Of a DNA stretch of 64,000 nt, positions 38,537 through 47,462 are shown in pieces. Made by a program: the position numbers and the translations under genes. Position 1 is the stretch's first letter; each line of letters opens with the position of its first letter. The notes under the pieces were generated by a model. It made no database searches and was not told where the DNA came from. It saw only the letters and a program-made list of their open reading frames with translations. This stretch comes from Elusimicrobiota bacterium (GTDB lineage Bacteria > Elusimicrobiota > Elusimicrobia > UBA1565 > UBA9628): assembly GCA_016218545.1 (NCBI GenBank), contig JACRDQ010000030.1, forward strand, positions 256,172-320,171, read 5' to 3'.

Positions 38537-40666
38537 TCAGCGCGCGATGCGGAAGCCCACGCGCGAGTCGCCGCTCGACATGCCCTCGCGGTGCGTGGTG
38601 GTGGCCTTGGAAGCGCCGTAGCGCCAGACCCCGCCGCGGATCATCGTGGAACTGCCCGACGTGGTCCAGGCTCCGGCGTTCGAGGGCGCCCCGCTGTACG
38701 TGTCGTGGAAGAGGTCCTCGACCCACTCGTAGACGTTGCCCGCCATGTCGCAGACCCCGTGGACCGTCACGTCCCTCTTGGAGCAGGGCGGCCAGGGCAC
38801 GTTCCTGCCGCAGCCGTCACCCGCCACGTCCGTGACCGCGTGATCGCAGGTGAGGGCCTCGTTCCCCCAGGGGTACTTCCAGTCCTTCCCGCCCCCGCGG
38901 GCGGCGTATTCCCACTCGGCCTCGGAGGGCAGGCGGCCGCCCGCCCACCGGGCGAAGGCCTGGGCCTGGTCCTGGTTGATGCACACGACCGGGAGCTCGT
39001 CCTGCATGAATTGGCTCAGCGTGGCCGCCCCGAACACGGTGCAGGAGGCGTTGGTCGGGGTGCAGGCCCCGGCTCCGACGCACTCCTTGTACTGCCCCAG
39101 GGTGACCTCGGTCTTGGAGAGCTGGAACGAGGGCACGGTGACCATGTGGACCGGCTTCTCGGTGCCGTCGTCGTTGGAGCCCATCATGAACGTCCCGCCC
39201 GGAATCGGGACCCACACGATCCCGCTCCTGCCCTTGACGGGCGCGGACTTGAGCGCCTCCGGCGGGACCGTGCCCGCCGGCAGAAGGGGGGCCAGCTCCG
39301 AGAGGAAGGGGTTGTCCTCGCTCGTGCGGCCGTAGGCCTGGACGAACATCATGGCCCAGCGCTTCTTGTCCTTGTCCGGGATGACGGAGAGGCTCAGCAG
39401 CCTGCGGAGCTTGCTCCAGTCCTTGTCCCGGGCCTCGGCGCGGCGCGCGCGCGCCTCCTCGGCCGCCTTCTTGGCCTCGGAGAACTTCTTCCACTCCTCG
39501 GCGCGGCGGTTGGCTTTGTCGGCGAACTGCGGGCTCGACTGCGCCAGGGCCAGCCACCGGGCGGCCTTGTCCTCGGCCGAGGCCTCGCCCTTGTCGAAGG
39601 CGATGGCCGCGTCGTACTTCTCCAGGGCGTCCACGTCGAGGTCGCGCCAGTCCGCGGTGTCCGCGTCGGAGGCGAGGGCCTCGGGCGCCGAGACCGCGGG
39701 CACCGTGGGCAGCTCGCTGATCTGGAACATCTCCGCGGTGGAGCGGCCCGCGGACTCCTTGGCGAGGACCGACAGGTCCGGGCCGGCCTCGCCGGCCGAG
39801 GTCCCGAAGACGGCGGCGGTCTTGCCGGTGAGCTCCGGGGTCTGCTCGCGGCCCCTGAGGGTCGCGCGCAGGGCCTCGTCCGCGAAGCTGAAGATCTCGC
39901 CGGCCGTCACCTTGCCGTCGTGGTCGGAGTCGGCCCAGCCGCGCAGCGCTCCGAGGAGCAGGTAGCTGAAGGCGGGCCTCTTGGCTCCGGGGAGGGGGCC
40001 GGCGAACTGGTTGCCCTTGGCCGCGGTGAGCACCACGAAGCGCGCGTCCTGCGGAGGGGTGAGCGCGGCCAGGACCAGGGGCTGGAGGCCCTCCACCAGG
40101 GCGCCGGCCTCGGTCCTGCCTGAGAAGCACGCGTCGATGACGACGTTCACCTGGCTCGCCTTGGTCGAGCCGAGCAGGCGCAGGACCTCTCCCCTGGGGA
40201 GGCTCCGGGCGTAGAGGCTGGCGGCCTTCTGCTGGGCGTCCACGCCCACGAGGACCCCGTCCTTGGCGTCCTGGCCGGGGGCTCCGTGGCCGATGAAGAC
40301 GAACCAGAGGGTCCCTCCCTGCGCGGCGCGCACGGCGCTCTCGACCGCGGCCTGGCGGATCTCCTCGACGGTCCCGTCCGACTCGAGGAGGAGGCGGATG
40401 TTGGCGGGCTTGAGCCCCCGGGTCTTGGTGAGGTAGTCGTACCAGGCCCGGGCGTTGTCTCCGGCCCCTTTGACCGGGGACACGAACGCGTAGCGCTCGA
40501 TGCCCACGATGACCGCGGCGTCGCTCTCTCCACCGCCGATGGAGGCGGCGGGCTTGCCGAGGTCCGGCCAGGAGACCTTCGCCCACGCCTCCGGCGCGGC
40601 GCAGAGCGCGGCGGCGGCGAGCAGCAAGGTCGCGCGGATCACGCGGGGGCGGAAGGTCTTGTCCAT
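38537..40666 (-). CDS. Secreted fusion protein: N-terminal caspase-like peptidase C14 domain plus C-terminal FGE-sulfatase (SUMF1/formylglycine-generating enzyme-like) domain
   Basis: A signal peptide. IGHGAPG..VVIDACFSG is the caspase His/Cys dyad context. The C-terminus has GGTFMMGSNDDG..RLPSEAEWEYAARGG..GNVYEWVED..RGGVWRYG..RVGFRIAR. AGGAG SD before the ATG at 40666. Confidence 0.75.
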   Translation of the reverse strand: MDKTFRPRVIRATLLLAAAALCAAPEAWAKVSWPDLGKPAASIGGGESDAAVIVGIERYAFVSPVKGAGDNARAWYDYLTKTRGLKPANIRLLLESDGTVEEIRQAAVESAVRAAQGGTLWFVFIGHGAPGQDAKDGVLVGVDAQQKAASLYARSLPRGEVLRLLGSTKASQVNVVIDACFSGRTEAGALVEGLQPLVLAALTPPQDARFVVLTAAKGNQFAGPLPGAKRPAFSYLLLGALRGWADSDHDGKVTAGEIFSFADEALRATLRGREQTPELTGKTAAVFGTSAGEAGPDLSVLAKESAGRSTAEMFQISELPTVPAVSAPEALASDADTADWRDLDVDALEKYDAAIAFDKGEASAEDKAARWLALAQSSPQFADKANRRAEEWKKFSEAKKAAEEARARRAEARDKDWSKLRRLLSLSVIPDKDKKRWAMMFVQAYGRTSEDNPFLSELAPLLPAGTVPPEALKSAPVKGRSGIVWVPIPGGTFMMGSNDDGTEKPVHMVTVPSFQLSKTEVTLGQYKECVGAGACTPTNASCTVFGAATLSQFMQDELPVVCINQDQAQAFARWAGGRLPSEAEWEYAARGGGKDWKYPWGNEALTCDHAVTDVAGDGCGRNVPWPPCSKRDVTVHGVCDMAGNVYEWVEDLFHDTYSGAPSNAGAWTTSGSSTMIRGGVWRYGASKATTTHREGMSSGDSRVGFRIAR

Positions 40667-40742
40667 GGGGGCTCCTTGTCCGACCCTCTCATTATAGGAG
40701 CGAGAGGAGGGTCCCGTCAATGACGCCGGACACGTCCGGGGG

Positions 40743-40830
40743 CTAGTCCTTGCGGAACAGGGCCAGCCAGGAGACGGTCACGATGGGGATCACGGACGCG
40801 GCCAGGAGCGCGATGGTGCGCCAGGTCATG
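40743..40830 (-). CDS. Possible 29-aa single-TM micropeptide (MTWRTIALLAASVIPIVTVSWLALFRKD)
   Basis: A small ORF 3 nt downstream of the BON gene stop. Hydrophobic helix with a polar tail. Confidence 0.25.
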
Positions 40831-40833
40831 AGG

Positions 40834-41133
40834 TCATTCCTTGATGACGAGGTTGTCGACCACCTGCTCGACGCCCCGCGCGTCCTTGGCCGCGCGGCGG
40901 ATGGCCTCTTTCTGTTCCCAGGTGTCCACGAGGCCGGAGAGGGTCACGATCCGGGCGTGCACGTCGATGCTGACGGTGCCGGGCTTGACGCCCCGCTGGC
41001 TGGCCAGGACGCTCTCGATGTTGGCGAGGATGCCGGGGTCCGAGATGTCCGCGTCCCCGGCAGCGGGCATGCCGACGCAGGCGCACAGGCCTGCCAGGCC
41101 GGCGGCCGCGAGCAGGCGGAGGAGAACGCTCAC
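40834..41133 (-). CDS. BON-domain (OsmY-like) lipoprotein
   Basis: Signal peptide and lipobox. HARIVTLSGLVDTWEQKEAIRRAAKDARGVEQVVDNLVI is a BON domain. Confidence 0.7.
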   Translation of the reverse strand: MSVLLRLLAAAGLAGLCACVGMPAAGDADISDPGILANIESVLASQRGVKPGTVSIDVHARIVTLSGLVDTWEQKEAIRRAAKDARGVEQVVDNLVIKE

Positions 41134-41198
41134 GGAAGAAATGGTAACATTTACGGACGCCCAATGGAACCCGCTCGGGGCCTCGGGCTCCCTGGAAG

Positions 41199-43493
41199 AT
41201 GACGATGAGGATCCTGCTGGCCACCCGGAACCGCCACAAGGCGCGGGAGCTCGCGGCCATGACCGCGGGCAGCGGCGTCGCGTTCGCCCTGCTCGACGAG
41301 TTCCCAGCGTTCCCCGAGACCGTCGAGGACCTCCCCACCGTGGAGGGCAACGCCTCCAAGAAGGCCCGTGAGGCGGCGCTGCGCCTCAAGATGTGGACCT
41401 TGGCCGACGACACGGGGCTCGAGGTCGAGGCGCTCGGCGGGGCTCCCGGCGTCAGAGCCGCGCGCTTCGCGGGCCCGGGCTGCACCTACGCGGACAACAA
41501 CGCCAAGCTCCTCGCCTCCCTCCGGGGGGTGGAAGGTCCGCGCCGCAAGGCGGTCTTCCGCACGGTCATGGCCTTGAGCGATCCGGAGGGCAGGGTCACG
41601 CTCGAGGAGGGCAGGCTCCCCGGCTCCATCGCGTCCGGACCCAGGGGTTCGGCCGGCTTCGGCTACGACCCGCTCTTCCTCGTGGAGGACACGGGCCGGA
41701 CCCTGGCGGAGCTCTCCGACGAGGAGAAGAACCGGGTGAGCCACCGGCGGCGCGCCATGGAGAGGATGCTCCCTCACCTGGCGCGCGTCGCGGCCCTGGG
41801 GCTGGCGCTCCTCTGCTCCTGGACCGCCCCTGCCGCGGCGGGGCGGACCGAGCCGGGGCAGGAGACGATCTGGGACCAGATCATGGCGACCCAGGCCAAC
41901 CGCGGGATGCGGGCCGGGACCCGGCACATGGACGCGCAGCAGTATGACCTGGCCGAGGCCGAGTTCGCCAAGGCCGTGCACTCCAGCCCCAACGACGCCA
42001 ACGCCCACATGCTCCTGGGCGCCGCCTACTACTGGCGCGGCAAGGTGGACATGGCTCTCGGGGAGTTCCGCAAGGCCATCGAGCTCGACGACCGCAACGC
42101 CCAGGCCTGGATGCTCCTGGGCATCGCCATGGCCTGGAAGGGGGAGGCCCTGCCCGCGTACGAGGCGTTCCGCAAGGCGGGCGAGCTCGACGGCGCGCGC
42201 GCCGACATCCAGATGAACATGGGCTCGATCCTGGAGACCATGGGGCGCAACCAGGAGGCCCTCGGCCACTTCCGCAAGGCCGTGAACCTCGAGCCCACGC
42301 ACCCGCTCTACCATTTCCAGCTGGGCATGCTTTACCGGAGGCTCGGCCGCGACGGGGACGCCATCGAGTGCATGAAGGACGCCCTCAAGCTCTACCCGCA
42401 GTACGAGGACGCCCTCCTCGAGTTGGGGGCCGCCGAGGAGCGGCTGGGCCAGGACAAGGCCGCGTCGCACAGCTTCCGGAAGGCCGTCTCCCTCAAGTCG
42501 AAGGACGCGGTCGCCCGGTTCCGGCTGGGCAGACTCCTGCTGCGCGCCGGACAGCGGGCCGAGGCGCGGTCCGTCTTCTCCGACGCCTTCCACCTCACCC
42601 CCGAGGGCGAGGGGGGCGGCCTTCAGCTCTCGGTGGCCTATACCGGGGGCAAGAAGAAGCTCGCGGCCGGGGGCGGCGGGGGCTCCCCCTCGGGCTCCCA
42701 GCCGCCCGGGGAGCCTCCGCCTGCCGACGACCCGCTCTCCGTCTTCGCGCGCAACCTCGAGCGCATCCCGCTCGAGCAGGGCGCGGTCATGAACGTGGAC
42801 GTCGCCATGGTCCCCAAGCCCAAGCTCACCAAGGCCGACGACATCGAGAGCCGCGCTTCTCTCAAGCGCGCCCTGGAGAAGGGGATGAAGCCCGAGCGCT
42901 CCTCCATGAAGCTGGTGCGGCGGGAGTACGACCTGCCCGCGGGGCCGGAGTCGGCCCGGCAGGCCCAGATCAAGAAGATCCTCAACGACCTCTCCGACGT
43001 GGTCAAGAGCGCGCCTCCGGACTCGGACGTGCGCCTGGGCATGAACCTGACCTACAAGCGCCTCACCGACGCCGGGGCCCGGCGCGGGGCGGCCGAGAGC
43101 GCGGCCAAGGTCTCCTTCCAGCCCCGGGAGGTCGGCAACGACATGGGGCTCTGGGTCATCGGCACGGGCTGGATGACCCTCGTCGAGGAGATGCTGCCCG
43201 AGGCCGGGGCCGAGCTCCCGCGGAGCGACGACTCGGACTGGTGGGTGGCCCTGGGCCTGGGCTACGCCACCCTCGGCGACGGCCAGCGCGCCATGACGGC
43301 CTTCGAGCACGCGCTCCGGCACGACGCCCGGCATGAGGTCGCCCTGCTCGGTCGGGGCGTGGCCGCGGTCATGACCGGAGACGAGGCTCGGGCCCTGGCC
43401 GACTACCGCCGGGTCCTCCAGCTCAACCCGGCCAACCGCGCCGCGGCCGAGGGGCTCAAGTGGCTCCTGCGGCCTGTCAGGAGGAAGCAGTGA
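41199..43493 (+). CDS. In-frame fusion: RdgB/Ham1 non-canonical NTP pyrophosphatase domain, then a hydrophobic segment, then a TPR-repeat domain
   Basis: N-terminus MRILLATRNRHKARE..FGYDPLF is RdgB. From MERMLPHLARVAALGLALLCSWTAPAAA a signal-peptide-like segment precedes multiple TPRs. No stop separates the two parts. Confidence 0.6.
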   Translation: MTMRILLATRNRHKARELAAMTAGSGVAFALLDEFPAFPETVEDLPTVEGNASKKAREAALRLKMWTLADDTGLEVEALGGAPGVRAARFAGPGCTYADNNAKLLASLRGVEGPRRKAVFRTVMALSDPEGRVTLEEGRLPGSIASGPRGSAGFGYDPLFLVEDTGRTLAELSDEEKNRVSHRRRAMERMLPHLARVAALGLALLCSWTAPAAAGRTEPGQETIWDQIMATQANRGMRAGTRHMDAQQYDLAEAEFAKAVHSSPNDANAHMLLGAAYYWRGKVDMALGEFRKAIELDDRNAQAWMLLGIAMAWKGEALPAYEAFRKAGELDGARADIQMNMGSILETMGRNQEALGHFRKAVNLEPTHPLYHFQLGMLYRRLGRDGDAIECMKDALKLYPQYEDALLELGAAEERLGQDKAASHSFRKAVSLKSKDAVARFRLGRLLLRAGQRAEARSVFSDAFHLTPEGEGGGLQLSVAYTGGKKKLAAGGGGGSPSGSQPPGEPPPADDPLSVFARNLERIPLEQGAVMNVDVAMVPKPKLTKADDIESRASLKRALEKGMKPERSSMKLVRREYDLPAGPESARQAQIKKILNDLSDVVKSAPPDSDVRLGMNLTYKRLTDAGARRGAAESAAKVSFQPREVGNDMGLWVIGTGWMTLVEEMLPEAGAELPRSDDSDWWVALGLGYATLGDGQRAMTAFEHALRHDARHEVALLGRGVAAVMTGDEARALADYRRVLQLNPANRAAAEGLKWLLRPVRRKQ

Positions 43494-43528
43494 GGGTCTT
43501 CAGGAAAGGCGCCGAGCTTCCCGGCAAC

Positions 43529-44899
43529 ATGGGTTCCTTCATCCGGCGCGTCCACTTCGTGGGCATCGGCGGGGTCGGGATGAGCGGCATCGCCGAGGTC
43601 CTGCGCAACCTGGGCTACGAGGTCTCCGGCTCGGACCTCAAGGAAACGGAGGTGACCCGCCGGCTCGCCGGGCTGGGCGTCACGGTGCGTCTGGGCCACG
43701 CCGCGTCCCACATCCGGGGCGCCGAGGTGGTGGTCGTCAGCTCCGCCGTGGGCCCGGACAACCCGGAGGTGGCCGCGGCCCGGGAGCAGGGCATCCCGGT
43801 CGTCCAGCGGGCCCTGATGCTCGCCGAGCTCGGCCGCATGAAGAAGACGGTCACCGTGGCCGGGAGCCACGGCAAGACCACCACCACCTCCATGGTCGCC
43901 ATGGCCCTGCGTTCCGCCGGGGCGGACCCGACCATGGTCGTGGGCGGGCAGATCAAGGACATCCGCTCCAACGCCCGCCTGGGCGTGGGCGACTACCTCG
44001 TGGCCGAGGCCGACGAGTCCGACGGGTCCTTCCTGCACCTCTCGCCCTTGGTGGCCGTGGTGACCAACGTGGACGACGACCACCTCGACTTCCACAAGAC
44101 CGTCGAGCGGCTCCGGGAGGCCTTCGCCGAGCATCTGCGCCGGCTCCCCTTCTACGGCGCCGCGGTGCTGTGCGCGGACGACCCTCCCCTCATGGCCCTG
44201 GCTCGCGGCCTCGACCGCCGCGTCATCACCTACGGCTTCGCGAAGTCCGCCCAGTGGCGGGCCGCGGACCTCAAGCTCGCGAGCGCGGGGAGTTCCTTCT
44301 CCGTGCTCTGCCGGGGCCGCCGCCTGGGGACGCTGCGCATGCGGGTGCCGGGAAGGCACAACGTGCTCAACGCCCTGGGCGCCCTGGCGGCCGGGAGCTT
44401 CCTGGGCCTGCCGTTCCGGCGCCTGGCCGCGGGGCTTGCGGAGTTCCGCGGCGTGGGCCGCCGCCTCGACGTCCTCGGCTCGGCCTCGGGCATCGTGTTC
44501 GTGGACGACTACGGCCACCACCCCACGGAGATCGCCGCCACCCTCGACGCCCTGCGCCTCTGGAAGGGCCGGCGCGTGGTGGTCTTCCAGCCGCACCGCT
44601 ACTCCCGGACCAAGCTCCTTGCCCGCCGCTTCGGACCCGCCTTCAAGGCCGCGGACCTCGTCTACGTCATGGACATCTACGCGGCCGGCGAGAAGCCCAT
44701 GCCCGGCGTGACCTCGAGGCTCATCCTCGACTCCCTGCGCCGGGCCCGGGTGCGCTGCGCCCCCTTCGTCTCGGCCCTGGACACCGCGCGCGAGCTGGCG
44801 GCGGGCGACGTCGTCTTGACCCTGGGGGCCGGAGACGTCTGGAAGATCGGCGAGGACCTCCTGCGGCGCAGCCGCAGCCGGTTCACCAGCCCGGTCTGA
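43529..44899 (+). CDS. murC: UDP-N-acetylmuramate--L-alanine ligase
   Basis: VHFVGIGGVGMSGIA, GSHGKTTTTSM, Mur ligase middle and C-terminal domains. Confidence 0.9.
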   Translation: MGSFIRRVHFVGIGGVGMSGIAEVLRNLGYEVSGSDLKETEVTRRLAGLGVTVRLGHAASHIRGAEVVVVSSAVGPDNPEVAAAREQGIPVVQRALMLAELGRMKKTVTVAGSHGKTTTTSMVAMALRSAGADPTMVVGGQIKDIRSNARLGVGDYLVAEADESDGSFLHLSPLVAVVTNVDDDHLDFHKTVERLREAFAEHLRRLPFYGAAVLCADDPPLMALARGLDRRVITYGFAKSAQWRAADLKLASAGSSFSVLCRGRRLGTLRMRVPGRHNVLNALGALAAGSFLGLPFRRLAAGLAEFRGVGRRLDVLGSASGIVFVDDYGHHPTEIAATLDALRLWKGRRVVVFQPHRYSRTKLLARRFGPAFKAADLVYVMDIYAAGEKPMPGVTSRLILDSLRRARVRCAPFVSALDTARELAAGDVVLTLGAGDVWKIGEDLLRRSRSRFTSPV

Positions 44900-44905
44900 C
44901 GGCCC

Positions 44906-45685
44906 ATGGGAGCCAGGCTCGGCCAGCATTTCCTCAAGGACCCGGTCGTGCGCGGCCGCATCCTCGCCGCGGCGCGCATCCAGCGGGGGGACTCGGTCGT
45001 GGAGATCGGCCCTGGCCGCGGGTTCCTGACCCGGGAGCTCCTGCGCCTCTCGGACCTGACCGCGGTGGAGATGGACGAGCGCCTGGCCGAGTCCCTGCGC
45101 CTGGAGTTGGGCGCGGAGAGCGGCCTGCGCCTCATCGCCTCCGACTTCCTCAAGGTCGAGCCCGCGGCCCTGGGCAGGCCTCCGCTCAAGTTCGTGGCGA
45201 ACCTCCCCTACTCGGTCGCCACGCCTATCCTGCAGAGGATCCTCTCCTGGGACTGCTGGAGCTCCGCGGTGCTCATGTTCCAGAAGGAGGTCGCCCTGCG
45301 CATCACGGCCGGGCCGGGCAGCCGCGACTACGGGCTCCTCACCCTGTCTGCGGCGATCAAGGCCGAGGCCGAGCTCGTGGCCGCGGCCCCTGCCGAGTCC
45401 TTCTCTCCCAAGCCCAAGGTGGAGTCCGCGGTGGTGCTCCTCAGGCGCAGGGCCGCGCCGCTGGTGAGGCCCGAGCGGGAGGACGGCTTCTTCCGCGTGG
45501 CGCGCGCCGCCTTCAGCCAGCGGCGCAAGACCGTCCTCCATCCCCTGTGCGGGGGCCTGGGCATCGGCCGGGAAACCGCCCTGGCCGCGCTCGAGCGCTG
45601 CGGCATCCCGTCCCGGGCCCGGGCCGAGGAGATCCCGCTCGAGGGCTTCCTTAAGCTGGCCGACATCCTGGGCCGACCCGGCTGA
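44906..45685 (+). CDS. rsmA: 16S rRNA (adenine1518/1519-N6)-dimethyltransferase
   Basis: LGQHFLKD, VVEIGPGRGFLT and NLPYSV motifs. Confidence 0.85.
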   Translation: MGARLGQHFLKDPVVRGRILAAARIQRGDSVVEIGPGRGFLTRELLRLSDLTAVEMDERLAESLRLELGAESGLRLIASDFLKVEPAALGRPPLKFVANLPYSVATPILQRILSWDCWSSAVLMFQKEVALRITAGPGSRDYGLLTLSAAIKAEAELVAAAPAESFSPKPKVESAVVLLRRRAAPLVRPEREDGFFRVARAAFSQRRKTVLHPLCGGLGIGRETALAALERCGIPSRARAEEIPLEGFLKLADILGRPG

Positions 45686-45725
45686 CGCCCGATTTTTCCC
45701 GTTCGTTCTTGATATACTCTGTGCC

Positions 45726-47462
45726 ATGGGCTTCCTCATCAGGGCGGAGTTCCCGGGCAAGCCGCCGGTCACCAAGGAGCTCGTCGAGGGCGGCCACCTC
45801 GTGCTCGGCCGCGCCAAGCAAGCCACCTTCAGGATCCCGGAGGACCTCGAGATGAGCCGCCTCCACGCCGAGGTCCTCGTGGACAACGGCCTGCTCGTGG
45901 TCCGGCGGAACCCCGAGTCCACCAACCCCGTGTTCCGCGACGGCCGCCCCATGGACGAGTTCGGCCTGGCTCCGGGGGAGAGCTTCCTCATCGGCAAGAC
46001 CAAGTTCACCTTCCTCATCCTCGACGCTCCGGCCGGGGCCGCTCCCGAGGCCGTGGCTCAGTCCCCGGCGGCAAAGAAGCCCTCCGGAGGGGGCGGCGCG
46101 GCCCCGGAGCACGTCGAGCTCCTGACCATGTCCGCCAAGGACCTCTACGCCATGGGCGACCCGGCGGGGAGGCTCAAGTACTCGCATCTCCTCGAGATCC
46201 CGGAGATCCTGCGCAAGCGCGACCGCAAGGACTCCTTCGCCCGCATCGCGGCCGTGCTCCGGGACTCCACGGACGGCGTCTTCGCGTGCGTCGTCACCGA
46301 GGAGGGCGGCGTGCTCGGCGAGGACCGCTCTGCCGGGGCGGTCCGGTACCAGCCGAGCAAGACCCTCATCCGGAAGGCCTGCGCCGAGGCCCCTCAGCCC
46401 ACGGTCTACTCGTGGTCCCAGCCCGCGGGAGAGGTCGCGACGCGGCAGGCCGGGCTCGACTGGGCCGTGTGCGCCGCGGCCCGCATCCCGCACGAGCCCT
46501 CCGTGGTCTTCTACGTGGCCGGGTCCCAGTCCTCGGCGGGCTCGGAGTCCCTCCAGCGCGAGCGCGCCCGTTTCGTGGGGCTCATCGCGGACATGGTCGG
46601 CCGGAGCATGGCCATGGACCGGCTGACCACCTGGGAGGGGCGCCTGGAGCGCTTCTTCGCCGGCCCGGTGGTGAACAAGATCCTGTCCTCGCCGGATCTC
46701 GGGGACATCGAGCCCAGGCTCGCGGTGAGCACCGTGATGTTCTTCGACATCCGCGGCTTCTCCAAGCGCACCGAGGAGAAGAACGAGGACATCCTCCAGT
46801 ACATCGGTGAGCTCCGGCGCGCCATGACGGCCATGACCGCCGTCATCCTCGAGGAGCAGGGCGTGGTGCTCCAGTACATGGGGGACGGCATCCTCGCCTG
46901 CTGGAACGTCCCGTTCCAGGACCTCTCGCACGTGGACCTGGCCTGCCGGGCGAGCCTTCGCATGGCGGAGGCCTTCTCCCGCCAGACCGGCGGCTGGCGC
47001 TGCGGCATCGGGCTCCACTCCGGGGAGGTCGTGGCCGGAGCCATCGGCTCGGAGCAGGTCTTCTCCTACGGGCTGCTGGGCGCCACCGTGAACCAGGCCT
47101 CCCGCGTGGAGGGCATCACCAAGGCCCTCGGCGTCGGGATCCTGGCCACCGAGGACGTGGCCTCCAAGGTCTCCCCTTCCGTGGCCATGCCCGTGCCCGT
47201 GGGACGCTTCCGGCCGGCCGGGATGTCGTCCGCCATCGACCTCTTCGAGCTCACCCCGGCTCCGGGCGACTCCAGGCGCAGGGAAGCGTTCCAGGGAGGG
47301 GTGGCCGCGCTCAAGAGCGGCGACTTCGCCGCCGCGAGCCTGGCCTTCGGCGCCCTGCCTGCCGAGGACAAGCCCGCGGCCTATCTGCGGTCCCTGGCGG
47401 ACAAGCTCTCCAGGACCCCTCCGCGCGATTGGGACGGGGTCATCGAACTCTCCCAAAAATGA
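45726..47462 (+). CDS. FHA-domain protein fused to a class III adenylate/guanylate cyclase catalytic domain
   Basis: FHA: LVLGRAKQATFRIPEDLEMSRLHAEV..NPVFRDG. Cyclase: VMFFDIRGFSKRTE..YMGDGILACW..GLHSGEVVAGAIGSE..YGLLGATVNQASRVEG. Confidence 0.8.
   Translation: MGFLIRAEFPGKPPVTKELVEGGHLVLGRAKQATFRIPEDLEMSRLHAEVLVDNGLLVVRRNPESTNPVFRDGRPMDEFGLAPGESFLIGKTKFTFLILDAPAGAAPEAVAQSPAAKKPSGGGGAAPEHVELLTMSAKDLYAMGDPAGRLKYSHLLEIPEILRKRDRKDSFARIAAVLRDSTDGVFACVVTEEGGVLGEDRSAGAVRYQPSKTLIRKACAEAPQPTVYSWSQPAGEVATRQAGLDWAVCAAARIPHEPSVVFYVAGSQSSAGSESLQRERARFVGLIADMVGRSMAMDRLTTWEGRLERFFAGPVVNKILSSPDLGDIEPRLAVSTVMFFDIRGFSKRTEEKNEDILQYIGELRRAMTAMTAVILEEQGVVLQYMGDGILACWNVPFQDLSHVDLACRASLRMAEAFSRQTGGWRCGIGLHSGEVVAGAIGSEQVFSYGLLGATVNQASRVEGITKALGVGILATEDVASKVSPSVAMPVPVGRFRPAGMSSAIDLFELTPAPGDSRRREAFQGGVAALKSGDFAAASLAFGALPAEDKPAAYLRSLADKLSRTPPRDWDGVIELSQK

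Noticed and set aside
41151-46018. Two very long minus-strand ORFs (727 and 871 aa) opposite the RdgB-TPR, murC and rsmA genes
   Set aside because: They are antisense to confidently identified housekeeping genes, with a low-complexity Gly/Arg/Glu composition.
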